Assembly: GCA_964035545.1 (NCBI GenBank)
Contig: OZ037767.1
Location: forward strand, 124,001 to 188,000
Length of the DNA stretch: 64,000 bases
DNA from: Bugula neritina
Lineage: Eukaryota; Animalia; Bryozoa
Direction of reading: 5' to 3'
The position numbers and the translations under genes are program-made. Of the stretch, positions 12,701 to 24,700 are shown piece after piece. How positions within the stretch are numbered: position 1 is the first letter of the stretch; the number at the start of each line of letters is the position of its first letter. The notes below the pieces were generated by a model that saw only the letters and a list, made by a program, of their open reading frames with translations, was not told the DNA's origin and made no database searches.

Positions 12701-15700
12701 TATACTAGTGTATTCTGGGTAATATATAATACTGTTTCAGTTAGGAGGATATACTAGTGTATTCTGGGTAATATATAATACTGTTTCAGTTAGAAGGATA
12801 TACTAGTGTATTCTGGGTAATATATAATACTGTTTCAGTTAGGAGGATATACTAGTGTATTCTGGGTAATATATAATACTGTTTCAGTTAGGAGGATATA
12901 CTAGTGTATTCTGGGTAATATATAATACTGGTTCAGTTAGGAGGATATACTAGTGTATTCTGGGTAATATATAATACTGTTTCAGTTAGGAGGATATACT
13001 AGTGTATTCTGGGTAATATATAATACTGTTTCAGTTAGGAGGATATACTAGTGTATTCTGGGTAATATATAATACTGTTTCAGTTAGGAGGATATACTAG
13101 TGTATTCTGGGTGATATATAATACTGTTTCAGTTAGGAGGATATACTAGTGTATTCTGGGTAATATATAATACTGTTTCAGTTAGGAGGATATACTAGTG
13201 TATTCTGGGTAATATATAATACTGTTTCAGTTAGGAGGATATACTAGTGTATTCTGGGTAATATATAATACTGTTTCAGTTAGGAGGATATACTAGTGTA
13301 TTCTGGGTAATATATAATACTGTTTCAGTTAGGAGGATATACTAGTGTATTCTGGGTAATGGGAGGAGTTACAGCTGCTTTGACATTCCTTTTATCACTG
13401 CTACACGTGACAGTTGGTAAGTAAATTGTATTATGACTATAGTAAGGATCATAACAATGGCCAACATACTGTGGTTGTCTCTTCCTGTATTGAAGAACTT
13501 CTTTAGCTGTAACTTTATAGAATTTAGCTGCAGAAACCAACTCTACGAAAGAGAAACACAGTTTGGCTTTGCTGAAGACCAAGAGCATTCCCTTTCTGTA
13601 TCTCCTCACCTTCGTACACAGATTTGTTTCCTTTGCCAGGACCTCCATGCTTGGAGCTTTCCTTATTAGTACGGTAAGAGTGAAGTCATCCACTCTCATC
13701 TTTCAGCCTGTTCTTTATTCTCCATGCTGTATGCTAGAGATTAAATATTAAACTAGAAGATAGCAGAGCTTAGTGTTTGAGATACTGACTATTATTAGCT
13801 ACTGACTATTATTAGCTACTAGTCCTGGCAATGCAATGCAGGTCATGTTTCTGTCCAGCTGTCACTATGGAAACCACCTGCAGGCATTTGTTCAACATAA
13901 TGACCAAAAGCATGGAAAACTGTCTTTTGTAACAAATGAGGCTGGTGCAGATATTTGGTGAAAGTATTTGAAAAATGACATCAGCAATGTGGCATTTATC
14001 AATCTCCAATAATTACAGTTTGACCAAGCTGATTGGGTGATTGGATTTTCCTACTCCGTATGGGCTGTGATGTACATGGTAGCCTGTCTTTTCACTGCCA
14101 AGTTTGTCAACAAGGTGTGTCCATGCGTAAATTTGTATTTTCTTAATCTATTTTAAATTTTGATTGATTTCAGTTGAGTTTCATAGCATAGCAGTTCAAC
14201 AATGTTACCATGCAGTAGGGCATAATCATGTGTCAACATATACTCTCACGTGTCAACACATACTCTCATATGTCAACAGATTCTCTCATGTGTCAACAGA
14301 TTCTCTCACGTGTCAACAGATTCTCTCAAATGTCAACACATATGCACTACATAGTAGTGTGTATATTGTAGAACTATGTATATGTATATACTACATAGTA
14401 ATGTATATATTGTAGAACTATGTATATGTATATACTACATAGTAATGTGTATATTGTAGAACTATGTATATGTATATACTACATAGTAGTGTATATATTG
14501 CAGAACTATGTATATGTATATACTACATAGTAATGTATATATTGTAGAACTATGTATATGTATATACTACATAGTAGTGTATATATTGTAGAACTATGTA
14601 TATGTATATACTACATAGTAATGTATATATTGTAGAACTATTTATATGTATATACCACATAGTAATGTATATATTGTAGAACTATGTATATGTATATACT
14701 ACATAGTAATGTGTATATTGTAGAACTATGTATATGTATTTACTACATAGTAATGTATATATTGTAGAACTATGTATATGTATATACTACATAGTAATGT
14801 TTATATTGTAGAACTATGTATATGTATATACTACATAGTAATGTATATATTGTAGAACTATGTATATGTATATACTACATAGTAGTGTATATATTGTAGA
14901 ACTATGTATATGTATATACTACATAGTAATGTATATATTGTAGAACTATTTATATGTATATACCACATAGTAATGTATATATTGTAGAACTATGTATATG
15001 TATATACTACATAGTAATGTATATATTGTAGAACTATTTATATGTATATACCACATAGTAACGCATATATTGTAGAACTATGTATATGTATATACTACAT
15101 AGTAGTGTATATATTGTAGAACTATGTATATGTATACTACATAGTAATGCATATATTGTAGAACTATGTATATGTATATACTACATAGTAATGTATATAT
15201 TGTAGAACTATGTATATGTATATACTACATAGTAGTGTATATATTGTAGAACTATGTATATGTATATACTACATAGTAGTGTATATATTGTAGAACTATG
15301 TATATGTATATACTACATAGTAATGTATATATTGTAGAACTATGTATATGTATTTACTACATAGTAGTGTATATATTGTAGAACTATGTATATGTATATA
15401 CTACATAGTAATGTATATATTGTAGAACTATGTATATGTATATACTACATAGTAGTGTATATATTGTAGAACTATGTATATGTATATACTACATAGTAGT
15501 GTATATATTGTAGAACTATGTATATGTATATACCACATAGTAATGTATATATATTGTAGAACTATGTATATACCACATAGTAATGTATATATTGTAGAAC
15601 TATGTATATGTATATACTACATAGTAATGTATATATTGTAGAACTATGTATATGTATATACTACATAGTAATGTATATATTGTAGAACTATGTATATATG

Positions 15701-18700
15701 TATATACTACATAGTAATGTATATATTGTAGAACTATGTATATGTATATACTACATAGTAATGTGTATATATTGTAGAACTATGTATATGTATATACTAC
15801 ATAGTAATGTATATATTGTAGAACTATGTATATGTATACTACATAGTAATGCATATATTGTAGAACTATGTATATGTATATACTACATAGTAATGTATAT
15901 ATTGTAGAACTATGTATATGTATATACTACATAGTATTGTATATATTGCAGAACTATGTATATGTATATACCACATAGTAGTGTATATATTGTAGAACTA
16001 TGTATATGTATATACCACATAGTAATGTATATATTGTAGAACTATGTATATGTATATACTACATAGTAATGTATATTTTGTAGAACTATGTATATGTATA
16101 TACTACATAGTAATGTATATATTGTAGAACTATTTATATGTATATACCACATAGTAATGTATATATTGTAGAACTATGTATATGTATATACTACATAGTA
16201 GTGTATATATTGTAGAACTATTTATATGTATATACCACATAGTAATGTATATATTGTAGAACTATGTATATGTATATACCACATAGTAATGTATATATTG
16301 TAGAACTATGTATATGTATATACCACATAGTAATGTATATATTGTAGAACTATGTATATGTATATACCACATAGTAATGTATATATTGTAGAACTATGTA
16401 TATGTATATACCACATAGTAATGTATATATTGTAGAACTATGTATATGTATATACTACATAGTAGTGTATATATTGTAGAACTATGTATATGTATATACC
16501 ACATAGTAGTGTATATATTGTAGAACTATGTATATGTATATACTACATAGTAATGTATATATTGTAGAACTATGTATATGTATATATTGTAGAACTATTT
16601 ATATGTATATACCATATAGTAATGTATATATTGTAGAACTATGTATATGTATATACCACATAGTAATGTATATATTGTAGAACTAGGTATATGTATATAC
16701 CACATAGTAATGTATATATTGTAGAACTATGTATATGTATATACTACATAGTAGTGTATATATTGTAGAACTATGTATATGTATATACCACATAGTAGTG
16801 TATATATTGTAGAACTATGTATATGTATATACTACATAGTAATGTATATATTGTAGAACTATGTATATGTATATATTGTAGAACTATTTATATGTATATA
16901 CCATATAGTAATGTATATATTGTAGAACTATGTATATGTATATACTACATAGTAATGTATATATTGTAGAACTATGTATATGTATATATTGTAGAACTAT
17001 GTATATGTATATACTACATAGTAATGTATATATTGTAGAACTATGTATATGTATATACTACATAGTAATGTATATATTGTAGAACTATGTATATGTATAT
17101 ACTACATAGTAATGTATATATTGTAGAACTATGTATATGTATATACTACATAGTAATGTATATATTGTAGAACTATGTATATGTATATACTACATAGTAT
17201 TGTATATATTGTAGAACTATGTATATGTATATACCACATAGTAGTGTATATATTGTAGAACTATGTATATGTATATACCACATAGTAATGTATATATTGT
17301 AGAACTATGTATATGTATATACTACATAGTAATGTATATTTTGTAGAACTATGTATATGTATATACTACATAGTAATGTATATATTGTAGAACTATTTAT
17401 ATGTATATACCACATAGTAATGTATATATTGTAGAACTATGTATATGTATATACTACATAGTAGTGCATATATTGTAGAACTATTAATATGTATATACCA
17501 CATAGTAATGTATATATTGTAGAACTATGTATATGTATATACCACATAGTAATGTATATATTGTAGAACTATGTATATGTATATACCACATAGTAATGTA
17601 TATATTGTAGAACTATGTATATGTATATACCACATAGTAATGTATATATTGTAGAACTATGTATATGTATATACCACATAGTAATGTATATATTGTAGAA
17701 CTATGTATATGTATATACCACATAGTAATGTATATATTGTAGAACTATGTATATGTATATACCACATAGTAATGTATATATTGTAGAACTATGTATATGT
17801 ATATACCACATAGTAATGTATATATTGTAGAACTATGTATATGTATATACTACATAGTAATGTATATATTGTAGAACTATGTATATGTTTATACCACATA
17901 GTAATGTATATATTGTAGAACTATGTATATGTATATACCACATAGTAATGTATATATTGTAGAACTATGTATACTCATGTATGCTAGTTGCGTGGCTCTT
18001 CAACTCATTCTGCTATCTGTTTCTCGCTCCCTCCCCGGTGTTGGATTTCATATTTCATGGCCACAAGTAAGTGGATTTTACTGTAATTTATATACTAACT
18101 ATACTGTTGATATCCTATCTATACTGTTGATATACTATCTATACTGTTGATATACTCTCTATACTGTTGATATACTATCTATACTGTTGATATACTCTCT
18201 ATACTGTTGATATACTATCTATACTGTTGATATACTCTCTATACTGTTGATATGCTATCTATACTGTTGATATACTCTCTATACTGTTGATATACTAACT
18301 ATACTGTTGATAAACTATCTATACTGTTGATATACTATCTATACTGTTGATATACTATCTATACTGTTGATATACTATCTATACTGTTGATAAACTATCT
18401 ATACTGTTGATGTACTATCTATACTGTTGATATACTATCTATACTGTTGATATACTATCTATACTGTTGATATACTCTCTATACTGTTGATATACTATCT
18501 ATACTGTTGATATACTATATATACTGTTGATATACTATCTATACTGTTGATATACTCTCTATACTGTTGATATACTATCTATACTGTTGATATACTATCT
18601 ATACTGTTGATACACTATCTATACTGTTGATATATTCTCTATACTGTTGATATACTATCTATACTGTTGATATACTCTCTATACTGTTGATATACTCTCT

Positions 18701-21700
18701 ATACTGTTGATATACTATCTATACTGTTGATATACTATCTATACTGTTGATATACTATCTATACTGTTGATAAACTATCTATACTGTTGATGTACTATCT
18801 ATACTGTTGATATACTATCTATACTGTTGATATACTATCTATACTGTTGATATACTATCTATACTGTTGATTTACTATCTATACTCATAATATACTCTCT
18901 ATACTGTTAATATACTCTCTATACTGTTGATATACTAACTATACTGTTGATATACTATCTATACTGTTGATATACTCTCTATACTGTTGATATATTCTCT
19001 ATACTGTTGATATACTATCTATACTGTTGACGCTATACTTCTGCAGGTATTTCCCGATGACCTTTGCTGCCTTGCTGCTGGTGAATGTGGTGGATACCGG
19101 GCAACTGATTCCCCTGTTTCAAGCTGTGCTCAACATTCTTATGTGAGTATATCTCAGCATGCACCTCAGTAGTAGAGGAGTACCAATCCTGGACCACTTT
19201 GCCTCCAGTGGCTCCTCGCAATTAAGTTGCGAGTCCCCTGGAGGCAAAGTAATCCAGGATTGGTACTCCTCTACTACTACTATAATAATAAATTATAAGT
19301 TTTTTATTAAAAAAAGTAATATTACAATTAAATTGTGAGTTTTCACTAGAGGTAAAGTAATTTAAAATTAGTTTATTTTTACTACTACTTTAGTAGTATT
19401 TTTTTAAGTTTTATTTTAGAACATACACACTTTTTTTGTTAACTTTTTTTAAAAAAACGACTTTTTTTTTAAAATTTTTTTTAACGGTTTTTAAAAAATA
19501 TTTTTCCTTTTTTCTAACTTTTTTTTAAAAAAAAAAGTGCGTTTTTTAAACGCCTTACTATATTGTATTTTATTATTGGTAAATTATTATACGCTAAGAA
19601 TATAATAATTTAATAAGGTAAAATTGTTTAAACGTTATAACTTGGAAATGTGGGTTGAGATTCTGTAGATTCTATTATATTACCATTGCTCGTTGATAAT
19701 ACTAATTTATTACCAATTGCATTTTGTAATTTAGGAATAGCGTAATTATCTATATTATAAGTAGTAATAATATCCGAAATATTTATACCCGTTTCTACGA
19801 TATTACCATCACTCGAAAGCATTAATAATTTACCTCCGATTATTGGTTGTATTTTATTCATAGCAAAATTATTTATATTACTAGTCGTAACAACATCGCT
19901 AACGCTTAAACTACTATCCGCAATATTACCCGAAGTAGTTGAAACGGTTAATTTTTCAGTCGGGTCTCGTATAAGAGGTACAGCGTAATTAGATACATTA
20001 GTTTTCGTAACGACATCATCAACTTTTAAATTACTATCTATAACGCGTCCATCATTAGTTGATACGGTTAATTTTTCAGTCGGGTTTTGTATAAGAGGTA
20101 CGGCGTAATTAGATACATTAGTTTTTGTAACGACATTATCAACTTTTAAATCGCTATCTATAACGCGTCCGTCATCAGTTGATATAGTTAACTGATTAAT
20201 GGGGTCTCGTATTTTAGGCATACTCGTATTATCAACGTATTTTTTTGTAGCCGCGTCTTGATCGTCAGCAGGATCAATGACTCTAGATATTTTATTTTCC
20301 CCCATATCTAGCGTACCCGTAAGAGTACTACTACCGTTTATTAAAACGAATTTTTTTGTATTTATTTCCGTTTTTCCACTTCCTCCGAATTTATAAACAC
20401 TCATTTATTACGGTATATAAAATTCGTCTAACCCGTGTCTATACCTCCCATTATTTTTTGAGGAAGAAAGATCTAAAGTAATAAAGCCGTGAGGTTTTTG
20501 CCATCCTTTATAACAAAATTCTTTAAATTCGTTTAATGCTATATCTCCAGTTACGTGATCTTGATATATATGATTTAGATTTTTTCCATCTTGAGGAAAT
20601 AAGCAAATAAAATTAGCGTTTTCTCGAATAGTACTTCTAGGTAGCTTAAAATAATTTTGTGACAAATAAAAGCAATCGACGTTATTGTGTCGTCCTCTTA
20701 CGTAATAACTTTCGCAAGTTTTTTGTTTTTCCAACATTAAATCATCGAATATTATTAAATTTTTATTATTAGCGTTTAATTCGCTAGGATCATAAACGTC
20801 GTCACTAGATTCAATAAATTCGGCGTCTATATTACCATTACCCCTACTATTTTTTAAAACACGATTTACGTTTATACCTGAATTTACTATTAGCTCGCTA
20901 TTTTTAAAAAAATTTAAAATTTCTTCTTTAGTTAATTTACGTTCGAAAGCCTTCCTCATATTTATATATTCGGGTTGAGAAAGATTTTTACCGTAAATCA
21001 TAAGTTTATCGTAATCGAGCCAATTAGGTTGTAATAGTAAATTACAAAGTAACGTAGTTTTACCGCATCCAGACTTTCCAACGATAAGACCTCTTATGCT
21101 TTTAGGAAGTAAAGGATTATTATTACGATTAATTTCGTTTTTCCACGAAAGATTTTCTATTTCCATTTATTATAATAAATGTATTGTTGTAAGTGTAAAA
21201 CTAAAACGAAAACTCTCAATTACGAAAAGAGAGTAAGTAAAAATAATAGACTAATGGGTTACGGTAATTGCGGTCAATGCAGATGTAAAAAGACTACATT
21301 CGTTGGGTCGGGTTTAGCGAATAATTTAATAAATAATTTACCCTTTGAATTACATTACCCCGGTCATAATTTTTTAGGACCCGGTACTAAATTAAATAAG
21401 CGTTTAAATGACGATACGACTCCTAAAGAATGGAGTAAACCGGTAGATCGAGACGACGCCATAGCCATGAGACACGACGTGTGTTACGCGCTTAATAAAG
21501 ATACTAAAACTAGAAACGAAATATGCGATAAAAATATGCTAGACGAATTAAAAGCTATACCTAATCCTACGCCCGCTGAACAGCGACACAGTCGTTTTGC
21601 CTCGGCAATAATAGGAGCAAAAAAACGTTTAGGATGGGGATGGACGGACGAGTTAGCCGAAGAATTGCATAAACCGGTACAAAAAAAATTTGGTAAAAGA

Positions 21701-24700
21701 CGAGTTTGGGTATCGGGTATTGATAATATTTGGGCGGCCGATTTGGTTGATATGACCGAATTCGCTAAATTTAATAACGGTTATAAATATTTACTAACGG
21801 TAATAGACGTGTTTTCAAAATACGGTTGGATAATACCTTTAAAAAATAAAACCGGTAAAGCCGTTGCTTTAGCTTTAAAAACAATTTTAAGCAGCCGTAA
21901 GCCTCAACATTTATGGGTTGATAAGGGAAAAGAATTTTATAATAAAGACGTAAAGTCCTTAATAGACTTATATTCTACGGAAAATGAAGAAAAGTCCAGC
22001 GTAGTAGAAAGGTGGAATAGAACTATGAAAGAGCGAATGTTTAAATACTTTTCGGCTAATAATACTTATAAATATATAGACGTACTAAAAGATTTAGTAA
22101 AACGGTATAACGAGACTAAACATTCGTCTATTGGAATGACACCGATTGAAGCTAGTGATCCTTCTAACGAAAATAAAGTACGCGTAAAATTATATCCAAA
22201 CTTACCAGCGCCTTCTAAACCTAAATTTACTATAGGTGATAGAGTGCGTATACCGCGTAAGAAACGAACGTTTGAAAAAGGTTATACAGTTAGATGGACG
22301 GAGGAGGTGTTTACTATAAGTAAAATATTATATACGAATCCGACGACTTATAAATTAACTGACTCGGGAGGAGAAGAAATTCAAGGATTTTTTTACGAAC
22401 AGGAATTACAAAAGACGAGTCAAGAAATGTATAGAATAGAGCGCGTAATTAAAAAGAAAGGTAAAAAGGCTTTAGTAAAATGGTTGGGTTATCCCGAGTC
22501 TCAAAACTCGTGGGTAAATTTAAACGTTTTAGAACGATTATAGTAGACACAAACACATTTGTGTCCATAAAAAGTGGACACAAACACATTTGTGTCTATA
22601 AAAAGTGGACACAAACACATTTGTGTCTATAAAAAGTGGACACAAATTAAACGTAAAGTGGACACAAATTTGTGTTTATATAAATGAGTTATTTAAAGAT
22701 TAATGATCCTATAAAAAGAGATAAGACCGTACAAGATTTTATTTCTCAAAAGAATAAAATAAAAGAAATTTTTAAACGAGAACGTGAGCAAAAATTAAAT
22801 GCGGCTATAGCTCAAGAAAAGTTTTTTGAACCCGTAACAACTTCGCAAGCTCAAACGACTGACGCATTAAAACAATTGCTTACATTACCCAATTATAATG
22901 TTCAACCGGCTATAACGGATGGAGTTATAAATTTAGACGAATTTACTCAAAACGCTTTAGCTGGCTTAGAACCTGGCGCTTATAACGTAAAGTGGGATGG
23001 TAATAGACACGTTATTGGTACGAAACCTATAAGCTTTAACGATGGTAAAATAATTTTTGACAACGAAGAATATTCGGCGACTAGAGGACTTTTAAGTCTT
23101 TTAACGCGTAAAACGCCTATAGGATATGATGATAATGATTTAGCGAATTACGCTAATATACTCGATAATAGCGGCGCTATATATCAAAGTAAACACGGTC
23201 CCACGGATAAAAATAGTGATAAGTGGAGACGTATTGTTAGACCTATTTGGGAACAATTATATCCTCAGAGAGCGAAACTCGCTGATAGTAAAAAAGCTAA
23301 AAGGCAAGTCGGTGATGGAGTAGTTTATTTATCGTCTGATCCTAACGCTTTAGTAGAACGACTTCAACTTTTAATTTCTAGCGCTAAAGCCGGAAATACG
23401 GGAGTGCGAAACGAAATTGTGTCTATATTAGACGAATTACTTAGAATGAAAATTATTACTCGTGACTATTATAAAAGTATTCTCGTATAATAAATGTACG
23501 TTTACGATAAAAGACAACGATTACAAAGACACTACGCGGGTGGTGGAATATTTGATATCATTAAAAATGTAGTAACTAAAATAGCTAGTAATTCCAGCGT
23601 AAGAGAATTAGGTAAAAAGGCTATAGCTAAAGCGGGTACCGCGGCCGGTGAAAAAATTGTTAACGCGATTAAAAAAAGAAGGCAAAAAAAGTTGAACGCT
23701 AAAAGTCAAGCTATACTACAAAAGCTTAATCAAACTAAAAATATATTAAAAGTACTTAATAATAATAATAATATAAGTAATATTTTAGAAGGAAGCGGAC
23801 AAGCTATAGCTTATTAAGAAATTATTTTACTATAATAAATGGACTCTTTAAACATTACGCAAAAAATTGTATTTGATACGAGCGTAGAGCGCGATCAGGT
23901 GCACGAATACGAACCCGTAACGGGAACGAATTTAGATAACCCCGGTGAAATTAGAATAGTTATTAATCAGCAAGATTTGTACGTTCAGCCGAGTAAAAGT
24001 TATTTAATTATCGAAGGACGTTTAACTAAAGCCGATGGAACCGCATACGCCGACGCCGACGCCGACTTAGTAACTCTAACGAATAACGGTATGGCTTATT
24101 TGTTTAAAAGTATTAGATATCAACTCGACGGACACGACTTGGAATATATAAATAATCCCGGACACGCTTCGACCATGATGGGTTTACTAACTTATCCCGA
24201 CGACTACGGTAAGTCGAGAGGTCTTAATCAGTTGTGGTCAAAAGATACTACCGCAGCCGCTGCCGCCGCTAATTTAGGTTTTAACGCGCGTCAAATTTAC
24301 GTTATACAAAAGCCAGATCCTAAAGGAACTTTTAGTATTAAGGTGGATCTCAGACATTTATTTGGTTTTGCCGATGACTATGAAAAAGTGTTATACGGCA
24401 TAAAACATCAATTAACGCTAGTACGCGATACTAACGATAACGCCATATTTAGAGCTAATGGCGTTGACGCCGGAAAAATAACGTTGGATAAAGTGTCGTG
24501 GTGGATGCCTCACATAACACCTGACTTCGAAATGAAAAATAAGCTTTATAAAATTATAGAGAGTAAAACGCAGCTTCCAATAATTTATAGGTCTAGGTGG
24601 TGCGATAGTATCGCAGTACCGCAAACTACTAATTTTACGTGGCGTTTGGGTTCTAGAGGAGATACGGAAAAACCTAAATATATTATTGTAGGTTTTCAAA

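Noticed and set aside
12319-13360. CRISPR-like or mutually exclusive exon array
   Set aside because: Units are essentially identical, so there is no spacer or coding diversity; kept only as a junction duplication
19033-19221. ORFs crossing the Polinton termini (also 33153-33380, 33305-33544)
   Set aside because: They span TIR/host junctions and are chance frames
22544-22676. CRISPR-like array
   Set aside because: Units are contiguous with no unique spacers, there are no cas genes, and the context is eukaryotic
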